From Planctomycetota bacterium (GTDB taxonomy: Bacteria > Planctomycetota > PLA2 > JAEUHO01), in assembly GCA_965223505.1 (NCBI GenBank), contig CBDCWP010000031.1:90400-154399 (forward strand): a stretch of 64,000 nt of DNA. The letters run 5' to 3'. Position 1 is the stretch's first letter, and each line of letters opens with the position of its first letter. The position numbers and the translations under genes were made by a program. The notes below the pieces were generated by a model, which searched no databases, had not been told where the DNA came from, and worked only from the letters and a program-made list of their open reading frames with translations. Below are positions 53,742-62,364 of the stretch, in pieces.

Positions 53742-54908
53742 ATGTCGTTCTTGTTCACCTCGGAGTGCGTGAGCTGCGGGCATCCCGACAAGTTGGCGGA
53801 TGCGATCAGCGACGGTGTCCTCGACGCCTACCTGGCGAAGGACGCCGGTGCGCGCGTGGCGGTCGAGACGTTCGTCACGGACCAGCTGTGCATCGTGGGC
53901 GGCGAGGTCGGCTCCGCCGAGCACGTCGACGTCGAGTCCATCGCCCGCCAGACGATTCGCGACATCGGATACGGCGATCCGCGGGCCAGCTATCCGGTCG
54001 ACGACGTGAAGGTCATGGTCACGATCGGCAAGCAGTCCGCCGAGATCGCGGCGGGTGTCGTCAAGGACAAGCCCGAGGAACAGGGCGCCGGCGACCAGGG
54101 ACTCATGTTCGGCTACGCGTGCAACGACACCGACGAGCTCATGCCGCTTCCCATCCATCTCGCGCGCGTGCTGATCGAGGGTCTCACCAAGCTGCGCGAG
54201 GAGAAGACGCTGGACTACCTCCTGCCGGACGCGAAGAGCCAGGTGACCGTCGAGTACGGTGACGACGACCGGCCGAAGCGCATTCACACCATCGTCGTCT
54301 CCACGCAGCACGCGGCGGACGTCGATCAGGCGACGATCCAGGCCGACGTCCGGGAGCATCTCTATCCGCTCATGCCGTCGGCGCTGCTGGACGACGACAC
54401 GATCCTGCACGTCAACCCGTCCGGGTCGTTCGTGCTGGGTGGCCCGAAGGGCGATACGGGCCTGACCGGCCGCAAGATCATCGTCGACACCTACGGCGGC
54501 TGGGCGCCGCACGGCGGCGGCGCGTTCAGCGGCAAGGACCCGAGCAAGGTCGACCGCTCGGCGACCTACATGGCGCGCTACGTCGCCAAGAACATCGTGG
54601 CCGCGGGTCTCGCGGACGCGTGCGAGGTGCAGCTGGCCTACGCGATCGGCGTCGCCGAGCCGGTGTCGTTGCGTGTGCGCGCCAGCGGGTGGGGCCGGGA
54701 CGCGGCGCCCGACGCCGTCCTCGAACAGGCGGTCCGGAAGGTCTTCCGGCTGACGCCGCACGGCATCATCGAGGACCTCGGGCTGCGCCGTCCGATCTAC
54801 CGGGACACGGCCATGCACGGTCACTTCGGCCGGCCCAGCCTGCCGTGGGAGGCCACCGATCGCGCGCAGGCGCTGAAGGCCGAGGTCGAGGCCTCCGCAC
54901 GCTCGTAG
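53742..54908 (+). CDS. metK: S-adenosylmethionine synthetase
   Basis: FTSECVSCGHPDK, GAGDQGLMFGYA, DAKSQV, GGGAFSGKDPSKVDRS. Confidence 0.98.
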   Translation: MSFLFTSECVSCGHPDKLADAISDGVLDAYLAKDAGARVAVETFVTDQLCIVGGEVGSAEHVDVESIARQTIRDIGYGDPRASYPVDDVKVMVTIGKQSAEIAAGVVKDKPEEQGAGDQGLMFGYACNDTDELMPLPIHLARVLIEGLTKLREEKTLDYLLPDAKSQVTVEYGDDDRPKRIHTIVVSTQHAADVDQATIQADVREHLYPLMPSALLDDDTILHVNPSGSFVLGGPKGDTGLTGRKIIVDTYGGWAPHGGGAFSGKDPSKVDRSATYMARYVAKNIVAAGLADACEVQLAYAIGVAEPVSLRVRASGWGRDAAPDAVLEQAVRKVFRLTPHGIIEDLGLRRPIYRDTAMHGHFGRPSLPWEATDRAQALKAEVEASARS

Positions 54909-55092
54909 CGGCGGGCCGAGCCGATAACGGACTTTCCGGTGCGGTGGGCGCTCGGTTCACGGCAGGTGTTAACGCCGTTGCCGCGCTGTGCGTTGCGCCG
55001 GTTACGAGGGTATCACCTCGAACGGCCCGTCGAGTTGCGTAAGTCCGTTGGCAACGCGCAATTGCGACGCGGTCTCCCCCTGGGGCGTCAAC

Positions 55093-55108
55093 GGGCACGC
55101 GGATTGAT
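55093..55108 (+). promoter_or_regulatory. Possible sigma-54-like -24/-12 element upstream of the pilin-like gene
   Basis: GGGCACGCGGATTGAT versus TGGCACNNNNNTTGC: spacing is correct but the -12 reads GA instead of GC. Confidence 0.25.
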
Positions 55109-55185
55109 ATAGTGCAGGTTCGGTGCTCCCGACGCGGGTCGCACCACTGGACCCGCAGAAGCCCGAGAGAGAAGGAGCCGCAGCA

Positions 55186-55842
55186 ATGAACCGAGCGCAG
55201 CGAGGATTCTCGTTCATCGAGATTCTGGTCGTCATGGCCATCATTTCCGTGTTGGCGACGATGGTCGTGGTGGTCATCCCGCGCATCACCGAGACGTCGA
55301 AGCAGACGAAGTCGCAGGACAACGTCAAGAACATCTGCACGTTCCTCATGCTCCGTGCGCAGAAGAAGGGCTGGAAGGCGCTGCCGTACAACGGCAAGAA
55401 CTTCACGCTCGCGGTCGTCGCCCACGGCGACATCGACCTGCGCCAGAAGGCGAACCTGGAGACGCTCTTCAGCCCCGGCGACGTCGAGTACGGCCTCGAG
55501 TTCGCCGAGTTCAAGCGGTTCGAGGAGATCACGAAGGAGGCCTTGAAGGCCGACACCGACTTCCACGAGCTGACGTCCTACGCCGGACGCCGCAACGCCG
55601 AGAAGGACTTCCGCATCACGCCGAGCCAAGAGCAGGCGGGGACGATGATCATCTGCGACGACGACGACGGTCCGCTCCACCACAAGGACGGGATCATCGC
55701 CGGCTACAGCAACGCCGCGGCCCGGTTCATCGAGTGGGAGGACCTGGGGATGAGCCGCCCGGACAACCCGGACGCCCCGGACGAGTTCCTGGGGGACGCG
55801 GCGACGGGCGACAACGAGCTCCAGAAGCTCTACGGGCGGTAG
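55186..55842 (+). CDS. Prepilin-type N-terminal cleavage/methylation protein (type II secretion/pilin-like)
   Basis: AAGGAG RBS; RG/FSFIEILVVMAIISVLATM class III signal. Confidence 0.9.
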   Translation: MNRAQRGFSFIEILVVMAIISVLATMVVVVIPRITETSKQTKSQDNVKNICTFLMLRAQKKGWKALPYNGKNFTLAVVAHGDIDLRQKANLETLFSPGDVEYGLEFAEFKRFEEITKEALKADTDFHELTSYAGRRNAEKDFRITPSQEQAGTMIICDDDDGPLHHKDGIIAGYSNAAARFIEWEDLGMSRPDNPDAPDEFLGDAATGDNELQKLYGR

Positions 55843-55920
55843 CACGCGACTCTTCCCGCCCGGCGGAGTTTCAGTGACGTGCGGTCCTGCCTTCCTGCAG
55901 AGGCAAGACGGCACGCAGGC

Positions 55921-55957
55921 AAGGGGCGGCTCTCGGGCCGCCCCTTCCTCTTTTTCC
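55921..55957 (+). terminator. Rho-independent terminator
   Basis: AAGGGGCGGC...GCCGCCCCTT stem followed by CCTCTTTTT. Confidence 0.7.
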
Positions 55958-56226
55958 TCTTTGGCGCGTGGCGCAAGGCCCAACACGACCCCAACAGCGG
56001 CGCCCTCGCCCGACGAGCCGACCACGACCGGGCAGCCCCTGCGACGGCACTCGCCGCCGCCGATCGGCCCTTCGTCGAAGTGACCCATCACGTCGCGCCC
56101 CGTAACCTTGCCGGATCACACACCTTGCGGGTATCTTCCGCCCGGCATGCCTGCGCCCGGCGGGAGCGTCGGTTTGCCGAGCCGGTCCGCGTCTCGAAAT
56201 CTGGCCCGTCACGAAGTGGAAGCGAT

Positions 56227-57030
56227 ATGCGTCGGAATCTGATCTTCGTTTCGGTTTCTCTCCTGGCACTCGTCGTGCTCGCCGCGCCCGCAGGCGCCGA
56301 GAGCAAGGCGGGCCGCTGGATGCTCGACATGGAGCACGGCCCGCTGCGCACGGTCGTGCTCGAGCGCGCAGGCAGCCGACCGGCCGCATACCACTACATG
56401 ACGATCAAGGTGACGAACGACACCGGCTTCGCGCGGCCGTGGCATCCGATGGTGAAGGCCATCACGGACACCAAGGACCCGAAGACGAACGCCGACCGGG
56501 TCTACATCGCCGGTGGATTCCCCGAGGCCATGAAGGCCATCCGCAGCGCCGAGGGCAACAGCAAGCTCGTCGCTCTCGGAACGACGGCGGGCAAGATCGC
56601 CAACGGCACCACGATCGAGGGCGTGGCGGTCTTCGGTCCGCTCGACGCGCTGTACGACCACATTCGCGTCGAGATCCACGGCCTCGTCGAGGGCACGACC
56701 ACCTACAAGGTGTCGAACTACGGCGAGGACAAGGAGCCGGGCGCGGACGACTACTGGAGCGAGCGCGTCATCGTCGACTCGGCGTACTGGGATCACAACC
56801 AGGCCGTGCTCAAGCGTCTGCGCAAGGCGGCGCAGGACGCGGGCAGCGACGACCTTCCGCAGCCGAAGACGGCGTACCACGTCGTGTCGGAGCGCCGTTT
56901 CTTCGAAATGCGCTACGAGCGGCTGGGCGACGAGTTCCGCGCGGAAGACGACCTGATCACCTTCAAGGAAGAGGGTTGGAAGGTCGACGGCACGCCGCGG
57001 CAGCTGCGCATCGTCAACGCCAAGAAGTAG
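56227..57030 (+). CDS. Exported hypothetical protein
   Basis: Signal peptide MRRNLIFVSVSLLALVVLAAPAGA; strong coding-like codon usage. Confidence 0.75.
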   Translation: MRRNLIFVSVSLLALVVLAAPAGAESKAGRWMLDMEHGPLRTVVLERAGSRPAAYHYMTIKVTNDTGFARPWHPMVKAITDTKDPKTNADRVYIAGGFPEAMKAIRSAEGNSKLVALGTTAGKIANGTTIEGVAVFGPLDALYDHIRVEIHGLVEGTTTYKVSNYGEDKEPGADDYWSERVIVDSAYWDHNQAVLKRLRKAAQDAGSDDLPQPKTAYHVVSERRFFEMRYERLGDEFRAEDDLITFKEEGWKVDGTPRQLRIVNAKK

Positions 57031-57117
57031 CGCGCAGGCGCTACTTCCGTGCGGGGCGGGCCCGAGGAACCGCCTGATCCGTGGATGGCGAAGCCCGCGG
57101 CCGAGCCCTGCTCCCAC

Positions 57118-60100
57118 CTACGGCGCGCGCGCCAGGAACTCCGCGCCTGCCACCTCGGGAACGCCGGCGAGACGCTCGAGCAGATCCTCCGTGGGTTGCA
57201 CCGACCACGCCGGCCCCGCCTTCACGCGCGCGACGGTCTCCGGCTCCGGCTGGAACTCGAGCACGACCGGCAGCGGCCCGTTCGCGTCGCTCAACGTTCG
57301 GCGCAGCGTCGACAGCACGTCGTCGCGCACCGTCTGGAGCCGCACGAGCAGGCCTTGCGCCAACAGCCGCGGCGCCTCGTCGACCGAGATGATGCGATCG
57401 AGGTGGATGCTGGGTTCGTCGCGCGTGCGGTCCACCTTGCCTTCGATCAGCACGATCCGGTCCGACACGATCTGCTCACCCTGCTCGGCGAAGGTGCGCG
57501 CGAAGCACACGCACTCCACCGTGCCGTGGAAGTCCTCGAGCGTGAAGAAGCCCATGCGCCGGCCCTCGTTGCGGCCGCTGCGCACGATGGAGGTGCGCGG
57601 TGCGCGGATCATCCCGCCGAGGCGGACGGCGGCGCGGTCGTTGAGATCGGCCAGGTCGCGGGTGCGCGTGCTCGCGAGCAGACGCAGGACCCGCTCGTGC
57701 TCGGCCAGCGGGTGGTTCGTCGCGTAGTAGCCGATCGCTTCACGCTCCCACGCGAGCAGCTCGGCATCCGGCCATTCGGGCACGTCGGGGTAGTCGGGCG
57801 CCGCGTCGGGCGCCGGCGCGGCGTCACCGAACAAGCCGAGCTGACCGGCCGCCCGGTCGGCCGACGCCGACGACGCGAGCGCCAGGGCGCGGTCGAGCAC
57901 GGCGCTCACCTGCGACCGCCGCGCGCCGGTCGCGTCGAACGCGCCTGCCTTGATCAGCGCTTCCAGCGTCGATCGGTTGACGCGCGTCAGGTCGACCTGC
58001 TCGCACAGGTCGAAGATGCTCGGGAAGCCGCCCGGTTTGCCGTCATTCGAAGCCGGCCGGCCCGCGACGATGCCTTCCGCCGCCGCGCGGCCGACTCCCT
58101 TGATGGCCGCCAACCCGTAGCGCACGTTCTCGCCCTCGACCGTGAACTCCCAGTCGGAGCGGGAGACGTCGGGCGGCAAGACGTCGATGCCCATCCGGCG
58201 CGACTCTTCGATGTACTCGGAGAGCTTGTCCATGTCCGCCATCTCGCACGTGAGCAGCGCGGCCATGAACTCGCGCGGGTAGTGCCGCTTCAAGTACGCG
58301 GTCTGATACGTGATCATCCCGTAGGCGATCGTGTGGCTCTTGTTGAAGCCGTACCCGGCGAAGTGCTCGAGCTGGTTCCAGATCTCCTCGGCCTGGGCCG
58401 GCGCGAGCCCGGACGTTTCCACGCAGCCGGTGACGAACTTCTCCCGGAACTTGGCCAGGATCTCGGGCTTCTTCTTGCCCATCGCCTTGCGCAGGTTGTC
58501 GGCTTCGGGGAGGTCGAACCCGGCGAGCACGTTCGTGATGCGCATCACCTGTTCCTGGTAGACCACGACGCCCCAGGTCTCCTCGAGCAGCGGCTCCAGC
58601 GACGGATGCGGGTACGTGACCTCCTCGCGCCCGTTCTTGCGCTCGATGTACATGTCCATCATGCCCGATCCCATCGGCCCCGGACGGTACAACGCGACGA
58701 TGATGGCGAGGTCGTCGAAGCAGTCCGGGCCGATCTTGCGCAGCACCTCGCGCATGCCGGAGCCTTCGACCTGGAACACGCCCAACGCGTCACCCGCGGC
58801 GAGCATCTCGAACGTCGCCTCGTCGTCCATCGGCATCGCCGCCAGCTCCGGCGGCTCGCGGCCGTCACGCCGGATGTTCTCGAGCGTCTTCTCGATGATG
58901 GTCAGGGTGCGCAGGCCGAGGAAGTCCATCTTGAGCAGCCCGATGTCCTCGAGCATGTCCATCGTGAACTGGGTGGCGAACTCCTCGCCGACCTTGTAGA
59001 GCGGGACGTACTGCTCGAGCGGGCCGTCGCCGACGACGACGCCGGCCGCGTGCTTGCTCGCGTTGCGGTTCATGCCCTCGAGGCGGAGCGCGATCTCCAT
59101 CAAGCGGCTGTAGTCGGGACTGTCCTTGATCTCCTTGCGCAGATCGGGGTCGGCGTCGAGCGCCTGTCCGAGTGTCGCGCCCGGCCCCGTAGGGATCTTC
59201 TTCGCCAGGATGTCCACGTCCCGCAGCGGCACGTCCAGCACGCGTCCGACGTCGCGGATGACCGCGCGCGCGTTCATCCGGCCGAACGTGATGATCTGGC
59301 TGACGCACTCCTTGCCGCCGTACTTCTCCTGGACGTAGCGGATGACCTGCTCCCGGCCGTCCTTGCAGAAGTCGATGTCGATGTCGGGCATCGAGATGCG
59401 GGCCGGGTTGAGGAATCGCTCGAACAGCAGGTCGTACTCGAGCGGGTCCACCGCGGTGATCCCGAGCGCGTACGCGACGATCGATCCCGCTGCGCTTCCG
59501 CGCCCCGGACCGACGGGGATGCCCTGCTGCTTCGCGTAGCGCACGAAGTCCCAGGTGATGAGGAAGTAGGCGACGAAGCCCATCTCTTCGATGACCTGCT
59601 GCTCGTACGCGAGCCGTTCCTCGACGTTTTGCGGCACGGGGGTGCCGTACAGCTCCTCGACGCCCTTGCGACACAAGTGCTTGAAGTACGTCGTCTCGTC
59701 GTAGCCGGGCGGCGGTGCGAAGCGCGGGAGATGGAGCTTGTCGAGCTCGAGCCGCAGGTCGCAGCGATCGGCGATCTCCATCGTGTTACGCGCGGCGAAC
59801 TCGACGTCGGCGAACTTCTCGTACATCGCGGCCGAGTCGCGGAAACACAGCACGGCGTTCTGACGGAGCCGGTTGTCGCGCAGCGTGCGGCCCATGCCGA
59901 TGCACATGTGCACCTCGTGTGCGGGCGCGTCTTCCTCGTGGACGTAGTGCACGTCCTGCGTCGCGACGATGGGAATGCCGTTGTCTCGGCCGATCGACAG
60001 CAGATGCTGGTTGACCTCCTCTTGCCCGTCCGCCCCGTTGCGTTGGATCTCGAGGTAGTAGCGGTCGCCGAAGATGTCGCGCATCTCCATCGCCGCCTTG

Positions 60101-60567
60101 GTGGCGCGGGCGATGTCGCCGTGCTTCGCGTAGTACGACGGCTCCCCGGACAGGCACGCGCTCTGCGCGATGATGCCTTCGTTGAACTCGGCGAGCAGGG
60201 CCTTGTCCATGCGCGGCACGTAGTAGAAGCCCTCCGTGAACGAGCGCGTGGAGAGCCGGATGAGGTTGCGGTAGCCCGTCTCGTTCTGCGCGAGGAGGAT
60301 GACGTGATGGGCGGCGACCGGGTTGCGTTCCCGGTCCTTGTGCGAGCGCGGCGCGAAATAGGCCTCGATCCCGACGATGGGCTTGATGCCGGCCTTGCGC
60401 GCGGTCTTGTAGAACTCGATGGCGCCGCACAGGTTGCCGTGATCGGTCAGGGCGAGGGCAGGCTGCTCCGCGCGCACGGCCGCGTCGACGAGGGCGGGGA
60501 TCTTGGCCGCGCCGTCGAGCAGGCTGTAGTCGCTGTGGACGTGGGTATGGATGAAGGGCGTGGGCAT
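57118..60567 (-). CDS. dnaE: DNA polymerase III alpha subunit
   Basis: PHP domain HTHVHSDYSLLDG, GRGSAAGS, PDIDIDF, KMDFLGL, YGFNKSH, OB fold. Confidence 0.98.
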   Translation of the reverse strand: MPTPFIHTHVHSDYSLLDGAAKIPALVDAAVRAEQPALALTDHGNLCGAIEFYKTARKAGIKPIVGIEAYFAPRSHKDRERNPVAAHHVILLAQNETGYRNLIRLSTRSFTEGFYYVPRMDKALLAEFNEGIIAQSACLSGEPSYYAKHGDIARATKAAMEMRDIFGDRYYLEIQRNGADGQEEVNQHLLSIGRDNGIPIVATQDVHYVHEEDAPAHEVHMCIGMGRTLRDNRLRQNAVLCFRDSAAMYEKFADVEFAARNTMEIADRCDLRLELDKLHLPRFAPPPGYDETTYFKHLCRKGVEELYGTPVPQNVEERLAYEQQVIEEMGFVAYFLITWDFVRYAKQQGIPVGPGRGSAAGSIVAYALGITAVDPLEYDLLFERFLNPARISMPDIDIDFCKDGREQVIRYVQEKYGGKECVSQIITFGRMNARAVIRDVGRVLDVPLRDVDILAKKIPTGPGATLGQALDADPDLRKEIKDSPDYSRLMEIALRLEGMNRNASKHAAGVVVGDGPLEQYVPLYKVGEEFATQFTMDMLEDIGLLKMDFLGLRTLTIIEKTLENIRRDGREPPELAAMPMDDEATFEMLAAGDALGVFQVEGSGMREVLRKIGPDCFDDLAIIVALYRPGPMGSGMMDMYIERKNGREEVTYPHPSLEPLLEETWGVVVYQEQVMRITNVLAGFDLPEADNLRKAMGKKKPEILAKFREKFVTGCVETSGLAPAQAEEIWNQLEHFAGYGFNKSHTIAYGMITYQTAYLKRHYPREFMAALLTCEMADMDKLSEYIEESRRMGIDVLPPDVSRSDWEFTVEGENVRYGLAAIKGVGRAAAEGIVAGRPASNDGKPGGFPSIFDLCEQVDLTRVNRSTLEALIKAGAFDATGARRSQVSAVLDRALALASSASADRAAGQLGLFGDAAPAPDAAPDYPDVPEWPDAELLAWEREAIGYYATNHPLAEHERVLRLLASTRTRDLADLNDRAAVRLGGMIRAPRTSIVRSGRNEGRRMGFFTLEDFHGTVECVCFARTFAEQGEQIVSDRIVLIEGKVDRTRDEPSIHLDRIISVDEAPRLLAQGLLVRLQTVRDDVLSTLRRTLSDANGPLPVVLEFQPEPETVARVKAGPAWSVQPTEDLLERLAGVPEVAGAEFLARAP

Positions 60568-60728
60568 GCGGACTGCAGTGTGTGTGCGCCAGGGGACAAC
60601 GAACGGGAGCAGGAGCGGGAGCGGGGAGGGGTAGCGGGAGCGGGAGCGCGACCGGCGGCCGCGCGGACGACGCCGGACGTCCGAATTGACCGTTCAATGA
60701 CCGACCCGCCGCTATCCTGCTCCGCGAC

Positions 60729-61616
60729 ATGCGCACCACCGTTCTCACCCTCCTGATCGCCACCGTCGCGGCCGGCTGCAGCAGCCCGTCCGGCAACCCC
60801 TCCCCGTCCGACACCGGGACCGCGAAGACCCCCGACGCCGGCCGGTCAACCGGACTCGACCGCGGGCCCGACGTCGTCGACGAGCGCGAGATCAAGGTGG
60901 GAGAGCTGACCCCCGCCGAGATCGCCCAGTTCCGGATGGCGTGGAACCAGTTCGTGACCCGTCAGCCGATCTGGCGGTTCAGCCGCGACGAGTGGCTGTC
61001 GAAGGGCGGCGCCGCGCCGTACGTCCTGTCGGAGAATCTGTTCCGGTACTTCTGGAGCGCGTCGCTCGTGCGCAAGGAGAACGAGATCGACCGCGTGGCC
61101 GAGAACGCCGCCGTGATCGGCGAGCCGGCCGTCGCGTACTTCGCGAAGTGTCTCGTCCTGGACAAGTGGCCGCTCAAGTCGGGGTCGTTCACGACGGAGA
61201 TCACCGATCCGGACGACCTGAACAACAAGATCAAGAAGACCTTCACGCACTTCGAGATGGACGACGAGACCCGCCGGTTCGCGGCGCGCGTGCTCGCGGC
61301 GATCGGCGAGCCCGCGGTGCCGACGCTGTCGTCCGACAAGGTGTTGAAGGAGGCGCGGCCCACGTCGAAGCGCTATGCGGCGTACGCACTGGGGCGCATC
61401 GGCACGCCGACGGCAGTGGCGCGGCTCCAGGTGATGATGCGCAGTGACCCGGGCTGGCAGGAGCGCGCGGCGGCGGCGACGGCGCTGGGGGAGGCCCTTC
61501 GCAACGGCGCGGACACGCGCGTCGCGCTCGAGGAGGCGGCGACGTCGGATCCGGACGAGTTCGTGCGCAAGAAGGCCCGCGAGGCCCTGCTCGGCACGCA
61601 GCGGATGAAGTTCTAG
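60729..61616 (+). CDS. HEAT-repeat lipoprotein
   Basis: Lipobox AAGC; repeats AARVLAAIG, AAYALGRIG, AATALGE, DPDEFVRKKA. Confidence 0.8.
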   Translation: MRTTVLTLLIATVAAGCSSPSGNPSPSDTGTAKTPDAGRSTGLDRGPDVVDEREIKVGELTPAEIAQFRMAWNQFVTRQPIWRFSRDEWLSKGGAAPYVLSENLFRYFWSASLVRKENEIDRVAENAAVIGEPAVAYFAKCLVLDKWPLKSGSFTTEITDPDDLNNKIKKTFTHFEMDDETRRFAARVLAAIGEPAVPTLSSDKVLKEARPTSKRYAAYALGRIGTPTAVARLQVMMRSDPGWQERAAAATALGEALRNGADTRVALEEAATSDPDEFVRKKAREALLGTQRMKF

Positions 61617-61623
61617 CTTCCCA

Positions 61624-61686
61624 CCGCCTCCCGCCTCCCGCCTCCCGCCTCCCGCCTCGCGTTTCCCGTCTCCCGTCTCCCGAATC
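61624..61686. repeat. Intergenic heptamer tandem array (CCGYYTC)x9
   Basis: ccgcctc x5, gcgtttc, ccgtctc x2, ccgaatc; same unit as the arrays at 44696 and 45147. Confidence 0.85.
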
Positions 61687-61741
61687 CCTCCCCCCGGGGT
61701 CCCTCCCTGGGATACTGGGGCCTCGTCGAGGAGAACGCCCC

Positions 61742-62248
61742 GTGGCCGTCTGGAAAGTCCAAGCTCTCACGCGCGTCTCGGCCGTCACCGGGGAACCGCT
61801 GCCGCCGGACACGGACGTCGTCACCGCGCTCTTCGGCGAGGACGAAGAGGTCGGCGAGGACCGCGTCCGCGGCACGCACTTCGTGCGCAAGGACTTCCTG
61901 AAGGACGAGGCCACCGAGGACGCGCTCGCAGGCGCCTTCTGCATCTGGCAGACGCGCACGCCCCCGGAGAAGCCCCAGAACGAGCGCAGGCTCGATCTCG
62001 GTATGGCCCGCGAGTTCCTGGAGCGCCTGCTGGACGAGGGCAACCGCGACCGCGACGCGGTGTGCATGACCCTCGCGCTCCTGCTGATCCGCAAGCGCAA
62101 GCTGAACCTCGTCGAGCAGCGCGAGGGCGCGTTCCGGGTGCGTTGGCCGCGCGACGACAAGGCCTTCGAGGTGCCGGCGCCCGAGGTGACCGAGGCGGAC
62201 GCGGAGGTCCTCCAGCAGGAGCTGACCCGCCTGTTCGACGTCGCGTAG
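61742..62248 (+). CDS. Hypothetical protein
   Basis: GAGGAG RBS; LALLLIRKRKL segment; coding-like composition. Confidence 0.7.
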   Translation: MAVWKVQALTRVSAVTGEPLPPDTDVVTALFGEDEEVGEDRVRGTHFVRKDFLKDEATEDALAGAFCIWQTRTPPEKPQNERRLDLGMAREFLERLLDEGNRDRDAVCMTLALLLIRKRKLNLVEQREGAFRVRWPRDDKAFEVPAPEVTEADAEVLQQELTRLFDVA

Positions 62249-62364
62249 CGCGCGAGCGCGTCGCGGTTCCAGATCCCGCCGCCCGTTTGCCGGGGCATCG
62301 AGCCGGCAGGCGGAACCCGGGACACGCGAACCGGCCGGGGTCCCCGGCTCGTATCATTGCACGC

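Noticed and set aside
60601..60650. GGGAGC hexamer-like run between dnaE and the HEAT lipoprotein
   Set aside because: Short, degenerate low-complexity tract with no further support for a function.
62249..62364. SRP RNA or tRNA upstream of dnaX
   Set aside because: No TCAGG...GGAA...AGCAG SRP loop and no tRNA cloverleaf or T-loop recognisable.
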